Notes under the pieces: model-generated
Told to the model about the DNA's origin: nothing
The model's database searches: none
The model's input: only the letters and a program-made list of their open reading frames with translations
Shown: piece by piece, positions 1-10,371 of the stretch
Layout of the letters: each line of letters begins with the position of its first letter
Position numbering within the stretch: the first letter of the stretch is position 1
Made by a program: the position numbers and the translations under genes
Assembly (NCBI GenBank): GCA_041946735.1
Contig: JBHGAY010000025.1
Span: forward strand, 1-64,000
Length of the DNA stretch: 64,000 nucleotides
Reading direction: 5' to 3'
Source of the DNA: Candidatus Eiseniibacteriota bacterium
Lineage (GTDB): Bacteria; Eisenbacteria; RBG-16-71-46; CAIMUX01; VGJL01

Positions 1-68
1 GGATCGAGCCACCGCCCGCGCCCTGGGGAGGCCCCGAAGCCCCCGGCCCCCGAGCCGGCAGGAGAGAG

Positions 69-656
69 ATGGAGCTGAACGAACTCGTCGAGCGGTGCCG
101 CGAAGGGGATGCGGCCGCCTGGGAGGCGCTGGTAAGACGCTACCAGGGAAAGGTCTACGCCTATGCCCTCGACTATCTTCGCAACCCGGAAGAGGCCCGC
201 GATCTCGCTCAGGAAGTGTTCGTCCGGATCTACGAGCGACTCGACCGGTGCCGGGACGCCAGCAGCTTCGTCCCCTGGATGCTCCGCATGACGCGCAACG
301 CCGCCATCGACCGGATCCGCCGCGCGAAGACGAGGCCGCGAGCGATCGGCACGCCGGTCGAGGAGATCCTCTCCCTCGCATCCCCCGTCCCGAGCCCGGT
401 CGAGAACCTGGCCACGAACCGGCGGCAGTCGCTCGTCCGGCGGGCGATGGAGCGGCTGACGGCGCTCAATCGCGAAATCGTCCGCCTGAAGGAGATCGAG
501 GGGCTGAGCTTTGAGTCGGTCGCGCAGATCCTCCAGGTCCCGGTCGGGACGACGAAGTCGCGGTCGGCACGGGCGCGCATCGAGCTGGCGCGCGAGGTAG
601 CCGCGCTGATGAAGGAGGAGGGATGGCCGGAAGGGACGCCGGGGAGGGACGTATGA
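69..656 (+). CDS. ECF RNA polymerase sigma-70 factor
   Basis: Region 2 motif 'EARDLAQEVFVRIY...FVPWMLRMTRNAAIDRIRR' and region 4 'EGLSFESVAQILQVPVGTTKSR'; purine-rich RBS upstream. Confidence 0.95.
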   Translation: MELNELVERCREGDAAAWEALVRRYQGKVYAYALDYLRNPEEARDLAQEVFVRIYERLDRCRDASSFVPWMLRMTRNAAIDRIRRAKTRPRAIGTPVEEILSLASPVPSPVENLATNRRQSLVRRAMERLTALNREIVRLKEIEGLSFESVAQILQVPVGTTKSRSARARIELAREVAALMKEEGWPEGTPGRDV

Positions 657-1669
657 GCCCGACGAGCGGCAAGCCGGCCGGCCCTGGCAACCAGGCCGAG
701 CCTTCCCGCGACCGCGCAGACTCCGCCGGCCTCGATCGCCGCCTCTCCTCTGCCGACGCCGATGCGCTGGCCGGCGCCATCCTCGCCCGCACGAGCGGGC
801 CGGTCTGTCCTTCCGTGGAGGCGCGGCTTCTCGAACGTGCCGACGGCGTTCTCGGTCCTCTCGATGCGCAGATCGTCGCGGAGCACCTCGCGCGATGCGC
901 GGCGTGCGCGGCGATCGCCGAAGCGCTGGACGTCCTGCGCGAGGAGCTGCCGCAGATGGCTGAGGCCGATCCGGGCCCCTGGTTCACGGAGCAGGTTCTG
1001 GCGCGAACCGTTCGCGCGGGCGCGTCCGCCCGGCGCCGTCCCGCCTGGATCCTGTCTCTTGGGGACCATGGGGCCTCGCTGCTGCGCCGGCCGCGCATCG
1101 CTCTCGAGGCGGCCTACGTGGGAGCGGCGTTGCTCTTCCTGCTGCTCGGATCGCCGTCTGCGCTGATGCAGTCGATCCCGGCGCGCTTCGCGAGCTTCGG
1201 ACACGAGACGACGAGCGCAGCCCGCCTGCCCGCCGGCGGCCTCGCCGATGGCGTCGACCGGCTCGGCAACGGATGGCCGCAGAAGCTGCGCGAGTCGCCG
1301 GCGGGACTCGCCTACGGGTCGCTCGAGCATCTGGTCGGGATGGCGGCGCGCGGAGGCGAGCGGGTGGCGACGAGCGTCGAGGTGACCGCGCGTGGGACGG
1401 CAGCCGGGGCGGAGGCGCTGCTGCACGGCGACCCGGGCGCGATGGGGCGCGCTTGGGAGAGATTGCGCGGTGACCTGCGCCGGCTGTGGAGGCGCGAGCC
1501 GGCGGTGAAGGGCGCGATCGGCGGCGCGGCCGGCCCCGCGGCCACTGCTGGCGGGGGGGCCGCGGCCGGGGGCGGAGCTGGCCGGAATTCCGAAGAGAGG
1601 GGCGAACCGGCGGAGGGCGGCATGCGTCCACAGAGCCGAGCGGGCCAGGTCGGCCCGAGCCGGCCTTGA
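653..1669 (+). CDS. zf-HC2 (ZAS) anti-sigma factor, membrane anchored
   Basis: HxxxCxxC motif 'EHLARCAAC'; TM segment 'YVGAALLFLLLG'; ATGA overlap with the sigma stop and GGAGGG RBS. Confidence 0.85.
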   Translation: MSPTSGKPAGPGNQAEPSRDRADSAGLDRRLSSADADALAGAILARTSGPVCPSVEARLLERADGVLGPLDAQIVAEHLARCAACAAIAEALDVLREELPQMAEADPGPWFTEQVLARTVRAGASARRRPAWILSLGDHGASLLRRPRIALEAAYVGAALLFLLLGSPSALMQSIPARFASFGHETTSAARLPAGGLADGVDRLGNGWPQKLRESPAGLAYGSLEHLVGMAARGGERVATSVEVTARGTAAGAEALLHGDPGAMGRAWERLRGDLRRLWRREPAVKGAIGGAAGPAATAGGGAAAGGGAGRNSEERGEPAEGGMRPQSRAGQVGPSRP

Positions 1670-1693
1670 ACGGCGGCAGAAAGGCGGTGGGCG

Positions 1694-2266
1694 ATGTCCA
1701 GCAATCCGGAAGTCCCCAGGTTTCGTGAAAACGAGGAGGAGAGACCGATGCGAGGAGAAGATCTGCGAGAGATGCGGGAGCCGGCGCTGATCGAGCGGCG
1801 GAAGAAGGTGCCATTCGTCGCGGGGCTCCTCTCGGCGATCCTGCCGGGACTTGGCCAGGTCTACGTTGGCTACTATCGTCGGGGCTTCTTCCACGTCCTG
1901 GTCGTCGGTTCGACCATCACGCTCCTCTCCTCGAACGTGAAGGGGATCGAGCCGCTGCTCGGGATCTTCGTCGCCTTCTTCTGGATCTACAACATCATCG
2001 ACGCCGTCCGGCTGGCGAACCTCTACAACGACGCGCTGATGGGGATCGGTCCCGAGGATCTGCGGCACGAATTGGTCCTGATGGGACGGCACGGATCGGT
2101 CGGCGGCGGGATCGTGCTTTTGGTCGTTGGGTTCCTGGTCCTGCTCAATCGTGTGGCGGGGCTGTCGTTCGAGTGGCTGAAGGACTGGTGGCCGATCATC
2201 CCGATCGGCTTCGGCGCCTGGCTGCTCTGGCAGGGTCTGCGCGATCGCCGGCGAACGACCGACTGA
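1694..2266 (+). CDS. Membrane protein (TM2-like N-terminus, LiaF/DUF5668-like C-terminus)
   Basis: 'AGLLSAILPGLGQVYVG' and 'GGIVLLVVGFLVLL...WWPIIPIGFG'; third gene of the ECF module. Confidence 0.75.
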   Translation: MSSNPEVPRFRENEEERPMRGEDLREMREPALIERRKKVPFVAGLLSAILPGLGQVYVGYYRRGFFHVLVVGSTITLLSSNVKGIEPLLGIFVAFFWIYNIIDAVRLANLYNDALMGIGPEDLRHELVLMGRHGSVGGGIVLLVVGFLVLLNRVAGLSFEWLKDWWPIIPIGFGAWLLWQGLRDRRRTTD

Positions 2267-2313
2267 GGTGCCGATCAGCGAGAGGCGGCGGCGCGCGGGC
2301 TGCGGAGGTAGAG

Positions 2314-2991
2314 TCAGGCGTTCCGGGAAGTCGGCGGAGGCTCGGGGTCCATCCGAGCGATGTCGGCCCCTTCGTCCTCTTCCATACGGCGGAGCGCGCG
2401 ATCAACAGCGGCGACGAGTCTCGTGAAGGAGACCGTCGCCGCTTCTCTTCCCGCCCGATCGAGGCCGAGGAAGAGCTGGCGGCGGAGGCCGCGCGTGATC
2501 TCGAGCTGCACGCCGCGGCCTGACGAACCTCGGTTGCAGATATTGGCGGGATCCGATCCATCGCGACCGGAACGGTCGGGCGCCGCGTGGAACCCGCCCG
2601 CGCGCAGCTCCTCCTCGATCGTCCTCTTTCCCCGATCGTCGAGCCCGCCCAAGTAGACCGCGGGCTCCGCGCCGGCGCACCCGTGCACCGTCACGACGAT
2701 GCGGGACTTCGCGAGGAGATCGAGCAGCAACGGATCGTCGAAGCTCGTGCTCGGGACGTGCAGGTCCTGGTTGGCGCGCGGGCGGATCCCTTCGAAGAGG
2801 TAGAGCGTGCGGCGTGCGCCCGCCAGCGCCCGGGAGATCTCCGATGTCCCCGCTTCGATCCCCCCGCCGTGCGGCGCGACGACGGCGGTCGTCCCCGGTC
2901 TCGCGAGCACGACGCGGGAAAAGTCGAGCCCCTCGCGCTCCCGGCCGACGAGAGCGGCGAAGGTGTCATGGCGGCGTCGAAACCAGCGCAT
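2314..2991 (-). CDS. Poly-gamma-glutamate hydrolase family protein (DUF867)
   Basis: Motifs 'APHGGGIEAGTSEI', 'LHVPSTSFDDP', 'VTVHG', 'PANICNR...GVQLEI'. Confidence 0.88.
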   Translation of the reverse strand: MRWFRRRHDTFAALVGREREGLDFSRVVLARPGTTAVVAPHGGGIEAGTSEISRALAGARRTLYLFEGIRPRANQDLHVPSTSFDDPLLLDLLAKSRIVVTVHGCAGAEPAVYLGGLDDRGKRTIEEELRAGGFHAAPDRSGRDGSDPANICNRGSSGRGVQLEITRGLRRQLFLGLDRAGREAATVSFTRLVAAVDRALRRMEEDEGADIARMDPEPPPTSRNA

Positions 2992-3141
2992 CGCCGATCA
3001 TTGTAGCGGGCTACGGCGTATGTGTGCGCGGGGCCAAGGCGAGCGGGCGCGCAGGTCGGGGCGAGGCGCGGCGTGGCAGCCGGACGGGCTGGCGTCAGCC
3101 GATCGGCCGGGCGGGCGCGCAGGGGGCCGCGGGAAGCCCGC

Positions 3142-3546
3142 CTACGCCATCGCCCGGAACGCGGCCAGCTCCACGCGCCACCGCTCGTGGCGCTCGATCG
3201 CATTCTCGATGGAGGCGGAGACGAGGTCGAGGCTCGGAAAGGGCTTGAGGAAATAGTCGGCCGCTCCAGCCTCGAGACATTCGACGAGGCCGGTGAGCGT
3301 AGGGAAGCCGGTCATCACGAAGACGATCGTCGTCGGGTGGATCTGCTTGACCTTACGGAGGAGCTGCACCCCCGACATCCCGGGCATCTTGATGTCGGTG
3401 AGGATCACGGCGAAATGCTCGTCGCGATGCAGCGCCAGCGCTTCCGGCGCGGATCTGGCAGTGGTGCACGCGATCCCGTCGAGCGAGAGGCGCTCGGTCA
3501 GGAGCGTCAGAATCTCCGACTGGTCATCCACGATCAAGACGGACAC
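3142..3546 (-). CDS. Single-domain response regulator (receiver)
   Basis: 'VLIVDD', 'ILTDIKMPGMSG', 'MTG', 'GAADYFLKP'; GTG start after GAGGAGG. Confidence 0.9.
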   Translation of the reverse strand: MSVLIVDDQSEILTLLTERLSLDGIACTTARSAPEALALHRDEHFAVILTDIKMPGMSGVQLLRKVKQIHPTTIVFVMTGFPTLTGLVECLEAGAADYFLKPFPSLDLVSASIENAIERHERWRVELAAFRAMA

Positions 3547-3903
3547 GTGACACCTCCTCGGTTCGCGGAGACCAGGGGCGTCGCGGCCAGGCGAGGATCG
3601 ATTCGCCTTCGCCTGTCCGGCCAGGTTCCGAGAAACCCCACAAGCGCAAGCAAGAAGGATGCGCCGCCCGCAGCAAGGGACGCAGATTCTTGGAACTGCT
3701 TGGGGCAGTGAAGGCTGGCGAAGAGGATCGAGCGGCCGCATCCGCCCAGGGGTCTTCGAATTCTGTCGCCTGTCATCTCCCTAGGGCGACACTTCTGTCG
3801 ACTCCCGTTGACATCGGTTGTCAGTCCTAGGCTGCGCGGCGGGGGCAGGCCGGATGGCGGGGGCAGGCCGGATGGCGAGGCGAAATGCCGGGAACGGACG
3901 CTC

Positions 3904-4530
3904 CTACTTCCTCGCGAAAGCGAGGCGAACGCCGAGCGCAAGGAAGACGGAGCCGGCGATGCGATCGAGGACGCGAGCGAAGCGCGGGCGTGTCCCGAGC
4001 CAAGCGCCCAGCGCCGCGCTCCAGAAGCCAACCAGCGAGAAGACGGCGAGCGCCATGATCGCGAAGCAGACGCCGAGGACGAAGAACTGCGCCGGCACGC
4101 TCCCCGCGTCCGGCCGGACGAACTGCGGCAGAAAGGCGAGGAAGAAGATCGCGACCTTCGGATTCAGCACGTTCATCAGGAACGCCTGGCCGAAGATCCT
4201 GCGGTGCACGATCGCCTTGCCGGGAGCGGGCAGCGAGATCAACCCGCGCGACGTCCACGCCTTGATGCCGAGAAAGACCAGATAGAGGGCGCCGGCGATC
4301 TTGAGGATCGTGAAAGCGACGGTCGATGCGAGCAGCAACGCGGAGATCCCGAGCATGGCGAAGGTCGTGTGCACCGACAAGCCTGCGGCGAAGCCGGAGG
4401 CGGCGATGATCGCCGTCCGCCTCCCCTGATAGATCCCCTTGCCGAGGACGAAGAGGATGTCGGGACCGGGAGCGAGGATCACCGCCAGCGACGCCAGCAG
4501 AAACTCCGGCCGGATCGGGATCTCGGACAT
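3904..4530 (-). CDS. LysE/RhtB family translocator
   Basis: 'LAPGPDILFVL', 'GALYLVFLG', 'MNVLNPKVAIFFLAFLPQF'. Confidence 0.93.
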   Translation of the reverse strand: MSEIPIRPEFLLASLAVILAPGPDILFVLGKGIYQGRRTAIIAASGFAAGLSVHTTFAMLGISALLLASTVAFTILKIAGALYLVFLGIKAWTSRGLISLPAPGKAIVHRRIFGQAFLMNVLNPKVAIFFLAFLPQFVRPDAGSVPAQFFVLGVCFAIMALAVFSLVGFWSAALGAWLGTRPRFARVLDRIAGSVFLALGVRLAFARK

Positions 4531-4594
4531 CGGATCGAATCTCCCCGCCGGATGGTAACACGCCCGACATTCCGGCGCGGCGCCCGGCCTCTTC

Positions 4595-4900
4595 GTGACG
4601 CTGCTCCGCGGGATCTTCGCAGGATGGCTGATCGCGATGGTCGTCTGGCTCCAGCCTCCCGCGCAAGGCGCCCGGATCCTGGTGATCCTGCTGCTCACCT
4701 GGCTCGTCGGCACGGCTCACCTCAGCCACGTGATCGCGGGCAGCGTCGAAGTGGCCTACCACGTGGCCGCCGACGGCGCGTCCTGGACGTCCGACTTCCT
4801 CGCGGGCTTCTTCGTCCCGGCGCTTCTCGGAAACACGATCGGTGGAGTCTCGCTCGTCGCCGCTCTGACGCTCCCGGACCGCGGCCCGCATGGTACATTC
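4595..4900 (+). pseudogene. C-terminal fragment of a formate/nitrite transporter (YfdC-like)
   Basis: 'RGIFAGWLIAMVVWL...LSHVIAGSVE...PALLGNTIGGVSLVAAL' matches the FNT C-half; in-frame TAA at 4556-4558 and no room for the N-half. Confidence 0.75.
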
Positions 4901-4905
4901 GGCCC

Positions 4906-6816
4906 ATGTTTCCCGTCGACCGAATGATCCTGCTCGCAGGCATTCTGCTGGCCATCGGCATCGCCTCGAGCAAGCTCTCCTCGCGCATGGGACTGCCGGT
5001 CCTCGTGCTGTTCCTTCTCGTCGGGATGGTCGCGCGCGCCTCGGGGATCGGCCAGCTGCAGCTCGAGGACTACACGCTCGCCCACGGCGTCGCCTCGCTC
5101 GCCCTCGCGATGATCCTCTTCGACGGGGGACTGCGAACCGACCTGGGACGAGTGAAATCGGCGGTCGCGCCTGCGCTTTCGCTCGCGACGTTCGGCGTCC
5201 TCCTGACGGCGGGCCTCGTTGCCGCCGTCAGCGTGTGGGTGCTCGACCTGCCGCTATGGCCGTCGCTGCTCCTCGGCAGCATCATCTCGTCGACCGATGC
5301 GGCGGCCGTCTTCGCGGTGCTGCGGTCGAAGGGACTGCGGGTGCGCTCGCGCCTGGGCGCGACCCTGGAGATCGAGAGCGCCTCCAACGATCCGATGGCG
5401 ATCTTCCTGACGGTCGCCTGCCTGGAGATTCTGCTCGGCCGCATCACCCCCGGCATCGAAGTCGCCTGGTTCTTCTTGCGCCAGATGTTGCTCGGAGGAC
5501 TGATCGGATGGGGCCTGGGGCGGGTCGCGGTGATCGTGGTGCGCCGGATCCGGCTGGACGTCGCGGGGCTCTACCCCGTGTTCACCGGAGCGGCAGCGCT
5601 CCTCGCCTACGGCGTCGCGGCCGTGGCCGGAGGGAGCGGTTTCCTCGCCGTCTACGTCGCCGGCATCGTGATCGGCACCGGCTCCCTTCCTTTTGGCCGC
5701 GCAATCTACCTCTTCCACGACGGGCTCGCATGGCTCTCGCAGATCACGTTGTTCGTGATGCTCGGACTGCTCAGCGAACCTTCGCGGCTCCTCGCCGCGG
5801 CGGGCCCGGGGTTGTTGATCGCCGCGGCCCTCGTCTTCGTGGCGCGTCCGGTCGCCGTGTTCCTCTCCGCGCTGCCGTTCCGCTTCTCTCTGCGAGACAT
5901 CCTCTTCCTCTCGTGGGGAGGCCTGAAAGGGGCCGTGCCGATCGTCCTCGCCACCTATCCCCTCCTCGCCGGACTCGACGGAGCCCTGGCGCTCTTCGAC
6001 CTCGTCTTCTTCGTCGTCTTCGTCTCGGCCGTCACGCAGGGCTGGTCGCTTCCGTATCTCGCGAAGAGGCTCGGCCTCCGCCGTCCGGTGTACCCGCAAG
6101 CCCCCGCAGCGCTCGAGATCACCTCGCTCGGCGACGTCGAGGGGGACATCGTCGAGTACCGCATGGCGAACGACTGCCGCGCGGCCGGCCACAGGATCCG
6201 CGATCTGGCAATGCCCGACGGCGCCCTCGTCGCGATGATCTCCCGCGGCAATCGCATCATCCCGCCACGCGGATCGACCCAGATCCAGCCGGGGGATCAT
6301 GTGTTCGTCTTGCTGCAGCCGAGGCTGCGGCGCGTCGTCGACCGGATCTTCCGCACGGCGACGCAGCCACCGAGCGCCGCGGCACCGGCCGTCCCCGCGC
6401 CCGTCGAGTTCCGCCTGCGCGGAACCACCCGCCTGGCGGATCTGGAGGAGTTCTACGGAATCCGGATCGAGGGAGATGCGGCGGGGGCGAGGGATGGTGC
6501 GCCCGCGGCGGCACGAGCGCCGGGGGACGCGGGCTCTTCTGCCACGCTCGAGGCGCTCCTGCGCTCACGAATCGGAGACCGGCTTGCGGTCGGATCCTCC
6601 GTGCGGGTCGGCTCGGTCACGCTGACGATCCGTGAGATGGTCGAGGGAAGGATCGAGACGGTGGGGCTCGCGGTCGATACCGCTCCCGAAGCAGCGGCCG
6701 ATGCGACGGCCGGTACGGCGGTCGATAGCGCTCCCGAAGCAGCGGCCGGTACGGCGGTCGATACCGATGGGGGACAGCCGGACGCCGTCGACGAGCCGAA
6801 GGGCCAAGCTTCCTGA
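4906..6816 (+). CDS. cvrA: Potassium/proton antiporter (CPA1, NhaP2) with TrkA-C and CorC-like domains
   Basis: 'ILFDGGL', 'SSTDAAAVF', 'LEIESASNDPMA', 'GLKGAVPIVLATYP', RCK-C 'IIPPRGSTQIQPGD'. Confidence 0.93.
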   Translation: MFPVDRMILLAGILLAIGIASSKLSSRMGLPVLVLFLLVGMVARASGIGQLQLEDYTLAHGVASLALAMILFDGGLRTDLGRVKSAVAPALSLATFGVLLTAGLVAAVSVWVLDLPLWPSLLLGSIISSTDAAAVFAVLRSKGLRVRSRLGATLEIESASNDPMAIFLTVACLEILLGRITPGIEVAWFFLRQMLLGGLIGWGLGRVAVIVVRRIRLDVAGLYPVFTGAAALLAYGVAAVAGGSGFLAVYVAGIVIGTGSLPFGRAIYLFHDGLAWLSQITLFVMLGLLSEPSRLLAAAGPGLLIAAALVFVARPVAVFLSALPFRFSLRDILFLSWGGLKGAVPIVLATYPLLAGLDGALALFDLVFFVVFVSAVTQGWSLPYLAKRLGLRRPVYPQAPAALEITSLGDVEGDIVEYRMANDCRAAGHRIRDLAMPDGALVAMISRGNRIIPPRGSTQIQPGDHVFVLLQPRLRRVVDRIFRTATQPPSAAAPAVPAPVEFRLRGTTRLADLEEFYGIRIEGDAAGARDGAPAAARAPGDAGSSATLEALLRSRIGDRLAVGSSVRVGSVTLTIREMVEGRIETVGLAVDTAPEAAADATAGTAVDSAPEAAAGTAVDTDGGQPDAVDEPKGQAS

Positions 6817-6848
6817 GACCGGGGCCGCCGCGGAGGAGAAGAACGGAG

Positions 6849-9416
6849 CTACTTCCCCGGCGGACCTTCCCACCAGGTCAGCAGATTCGCCTCGAACGGA
6901 TTCTCCATGTTCAGGCGAGGCGTGGGCCGGACGCGGACCGAAAGACCGCGTAGTCCGGTACGGAAGCAGGGGACGCGCCCCTCGAACGTCGTGGTGCCGT
7001 CCTGCCGGCGCATCGGAGCGAGCGGAACGGCCTCGATCGCGCGCAGTCCGCCCCCGCCGTCCACTTCGCCGTGAACCGCCTCGACGACCACCTCCTCGGG
7101 AGCGAGCGAGCCGAGTCGCACCTCGGCCTGCACCGGCATGTCGTGCCCCACGGGCAGGTCCCCGTCCTCGGCCGCCACGGAGAGGATCGAAACGGCCGGC
7201 CAGGCATCGTGCATCCGGCGGCGCCAGGCCGCGAGCTCGCGCGCGCCGGAGAGCACTTGCCGCGCCACGAAGCGCGAGCGGACGTGCGCGGGCAGGTAGT
7301 AGCAGCGCCCGTACTCCTCGACCATCCGGTTCGTGTTGAAGACGGGGCAGTAGTTGCGCATCGAGGCCTTGACCTTCTCGATCCAGCCGCGGGGCAGGCC
7401 GTCGCCCCCTCTCTTGTAGAAGAGCGGGATGATCTCCTGCTCGAGCAGATCGTAGAGCGCGTCGCTCTCGACCTGGTCCTGCACCTCGGGATCCTCGTAC
7501 TCCTCGGCGTTGCCGATCGCCCAGCCCGCGTCGGGCCGGTACGCCTCCGCCCACCAGCCGTCGAGCACGCTCAGGTGCAGGCAGCCGCTCACGACCGCCT
7601 TCATTCCCGACGTGCCGCTCGCCTCCAGGGGACGGCGCGGCGTGTTGAGCCACAGGTCGGCTCCCTGCACCATCAGCCGGGCGACCTCGATGTCGTAGTC
7701 CTCGATGAAGACGATCCGGCGACGGAAACGCGGCTCGGCGGCGAGATGGATGATCTCGCGCATGAGCTGCTTGCCGGGATGGTCGGCCGGGTGCGCCTTC
7801 CCGGCGAAGACGATCTGCACCGGCCGCTCCGGATCGTTCAAGATCTTGGCGAGCCGGTCGGGATTGCGCAGGAGCAGGCTCGCCCGCTTGTACACGGCGA
7901 AGCGGCGGGCGAAGCCGATCGTCAGCGCGTCGGGATCGAGCGCCTCCTCCGCCGCGTGCACGACGGCGAACGGCATCCCCCGGCGCTGGAACTGATCCTG
8001 CAGCCGGCGCCGCGCGAAGGAGACCAGGTTCTCGCGCAGCCTCTCGCGCGCCCGCCACAGCTCTCCGTCCGGGATCCGGTCGACCCGCTGCCAGATCTGG
8101 CGATCGACCGGGTCCTCCTGCCAGCGCGGGCCGAGATAGCGGGAGTAGAGGCGCGCGACATCCCGCGCGTACCAGGACGGGACGTGGATGCCGTTGGTCA
8201 CCGAGCCGATCGGCACCTCGTCGATCGGGACGTTCGGATAGAGCGGCGACCAGATCTTCCGGCTCACCTGACCGTGCAGCTCGCTCACCCCGTTCGCCTG
8301 CGACGTCGTCTGCAGCGCGAGCCCGGTCATGTTGAACGGCTCCTCGCTGTCATGCGAGCGGAGGCGCCCGAGACGCAGCAGCATGTCGAGCGGAATCCCG
8401 AGGCGCGCGCAGAGAGAGCCGAAATGCTCGCGCATCAGCTCGACCGGGAAGATGTCGTGGCCGGCCGGGACGGGAGTGTGGGTGGTGAAGATGGAGTTCG
8501 CCCGCACCGCTTCGAGCGCCTCGTCGAACGTCAGGCCGTCGCGCTCCATTCCCTGGCGGATCCTCTCGATCGCCAGGAACGCGGAATGTCCCTCGTTGAG
8601 ATGGAAGACGGTCGGTTCGACGCCGAGCAGCTGCAGCGCCTTCACTCCCCCCATGCCGAGGAGGATCTCCTGCCGGATCCGATGGCGGAGGTCGCCACCG
8701 TAGAGCTCGTCGGTGATCGAGCGGTCCTCGGGGTTGTTCTCGGGAAGGTCGGTGTCGAGGAGGTAGAGGGGCACGCGGCCGACCTGCGCGCGCCAGATCT
8801 GCACGAGCACGGCGCGCCCGGCGATCTCGATGCTGAAGCGGCGGGGGCGCCCTTCGGACGTCTCCTGGGAAAGCGGGAGGCGCTCGAAGTCGTAGACCGG
8901 GTGAAGCTCCTGCTGCCAGCCGTCGCGGCTGAGGTACTGGCGGAAGTAGCCGCGCCGGTAGAGCAGGCCGACAGCGGCGAGCGGCAGGCCGAGGTCGCTC
9001 GCGCTCTTCAGATGGTCGCCGGCGAGAACGCCGAGGCCGCCCGAGTAGATCGGCAGCGACTCGTGCATGCCGAACTCCGCGCAGAAGTAGGCGACCTGCA
9101 TGCCGGTCGCCTCTCCGCGTGAGCGCTCGTACCAGGTGCGCCGGGTCAGATACGCTTCGAGGTCGCGAGCGGCGCGGTCCATGCTCGCGAGAAACGCCTC
9201 GTCGGAGGCCAGCCCCTCGAGCCGCTCCTGACTGAGGCAACCGAGCAGATCGACCGGATTGTGGCGGCTCCGCTCCCACTGGTCGGCGTCCATCCGGCGG
9301 AAGACCTCGGCGGCGTCCGGATTCCAGGTCCACCAAAGGTTGCGCGCGAGAACCGCGAGCGGCTGCAACCTCTCCGGCAGATTCGGAACGACGCGAAAGG
9401 TCCGGACCGTGGGCAT
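6849..9416 (-). CDS. glgP: Alpha-glucan (glycogen) phosphorylase
   Basis: 'YSGGLGVLAGDHLKSASD', 'FARRFAVYKR', PLP site 'EASGTSGMKA'. Confidence 0.97.
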   Translation of the reverse strand: MPTVRTFRVVPNLPERLQPLAVLARNLWWTWNPDAAEVFRRMDADQWERSRHNPVDLLGCLSQERLEGLASDEAFLASMDRAARDLEAYLTRRTWYERSRGEATGMQVAYFCAEFGMHESLPIYSGGLGVLAGDHLKSASDLGLPLAAVGLLYRRGYFRQYLSRDGWQQELHPVYDFERLPLSQETSEGRPRRFSIEIAGRAVLVQIWRAQVGRVPLYLLDTDLPENNPEDRSITDELYGGDLRHRIRQEILLGMGGVKALQLLGVEPTVFHLNEGHSAFLAIERIRQGMERDGLTFDEALEAVRANSIFTTHTPVPAGHDIFPVELMREHFGSLCARLGIPLDMLLRLGRLRSHDSEEPFNMTGLALQTTSQANGVSELHGQVSRKIWSPLYPNVPIDEVPIGSVTNGIHVPSWYARDVARLYSRYLGPRWQEDPVDRQIWQRVDRIPDGELWRARERLRENLVSFARRRLQDQFQRRGMPFAVVHAAEEALDPDALTIGFARRFAVYKRASLLLRNPDRLAKILNDPERPVQIVFAGKAHPADHPGKQLMREIIHLAAEPRFRRRIVFIEDYDIEVARLMVQGADLWLNTPRRPLEASGTSGMKAVVSGCLHLSVLDGWWAEAYRPDAGWAIGNAEEYEDPEVQDQVESDALYDLLEQEIIPLFYKRGGDGLPRGWIEKVKASMRNYCPVFNTNRMVEEYGRCYYLPAHVRSRFVARQVLSGARELAAWRRRMHDAWPAVSILSVAAEDGDLPVGHDMPVQAEVRLGSLAPEEVVVEAVHGEVDGGGGLRAIEAVPLAPMRRQDGTTTFEGRVPCFRTGLRGLSVRVRPTPRLNMENPFEANLLTWWEGPPGK

Positions 9417-9570
9417 GCGGAAAACCTCCCTGGAGACGGCGCTTCCATGCCGCGGACGGCGTCCCTGCCGCCGCCACGCTCCTTCCTGATTCTATCGGTA
9501 GCTGGGAACGGTGACTGTACCACAGGAACGATTCTTGCCCGCGACGGTTCCGGGCGGCAGAATCGGGGCC

Positions 9571-10362
9571 GTGCGACCCCGAACCTCCCATCCCTGGGAC
9601 ATCACGCCGCGAGAGGCGTTCGCGCTGCAGCGCGAGCTGGCGGCACGCGTCCGCGAAATCCCTCTCCCCTGGGACCGCGTCCGCCGGGTGGCCGGCTGCG
9701 ACGTGGCTGGGGATCGCGACAGCGTGCACGCCGTCGTCGTCCTCCTCGATCTGCGATCCCGCCGGGTGATCGAGCAGGTGGAGGCGAGTCTTCCCGGGGG
9801 CTTCCCCTACATCCCGGGCCTTCTCTCGTTTCGCGAGATCCCGGTCCTGCTCGAGGCCTTCGCCAAGCTCTCCGGCACTCCGGATGCCGTCCTGTGCGAC
9901 GGCCAGGGGCGCGCGCATCCGCGGCGGTTCGGCCTCGCCTCGCACCTCGGTGTGCTGCTCGACGTCCCGAGCGTCGGCGTCGCGAAGAGCCGCCTGATCG
10001 GCGAGGCGCGCGAGCCGGGGGCGCGGCGCGGCTGCTCGACGCGCCTGCTGGATCAGGGAGAGGTGATCGGGCGCCTCCTGCGGTCGCGCGACGCGACCCG
10101 CCCGCTCTACGTGTCGGTCGGGCACCGGATCACGCTCGACGACGCGGTGCGTCTCGTCCTGCGGATGGGCGGCGGCTATCGCCTGCCGGAGCCGACGCGC
10201 CAGGCGGATCGGATCGTGAGGGCGCTGGCGCGCGGGGTTCGAGCCGCGACGCGGGAGGCAGCGGAGGCGCGGCGAGCGGCGGCGGGAGCGTCCTCAGCGT
10301 CCTCAGCGTCCTCAGCGGCCGCGGAGGCGCGGCGAGCGGCGGCGCGGCGGCCGATCGGGTAG
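9571..10362 (+). CDS. nfi: Endonuclease V (deoxyinosine 3' endonuclease)
   Basis: 'VAGCDV', 'FPYIPGLLSFRE', 'DGQGRAHPRRFGLASHLG', 'PLYVSVGH', 'PEPTRQAD'; start uncertain (9511 or 9571). Confidence 0.95.
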   Translation: MRPRTSHPWDITPREAFALQRELAARVREIPLPWDRVRRVAGCDVAGDRDSVHAVVVLLDLRSRRVIEQVEASLPGGFPYIPGLLSFREIPVLLEAFAKLSGTPDAVLCDGQGRAHPRRFGLASHLGVLLDVPSVGVAKSRLIGEAREPGARRGCSTRLLDQGEVIGRLLRSRDATRPLYVSVGHRITLDDAVRLVLRMGGGYRLPEPTRQADRIVRALARGVRAATREAAEARRAAAGASSASSASSAAAEARRAAARRPIG

Positions 10363-10371
10363 GATCGCCGA

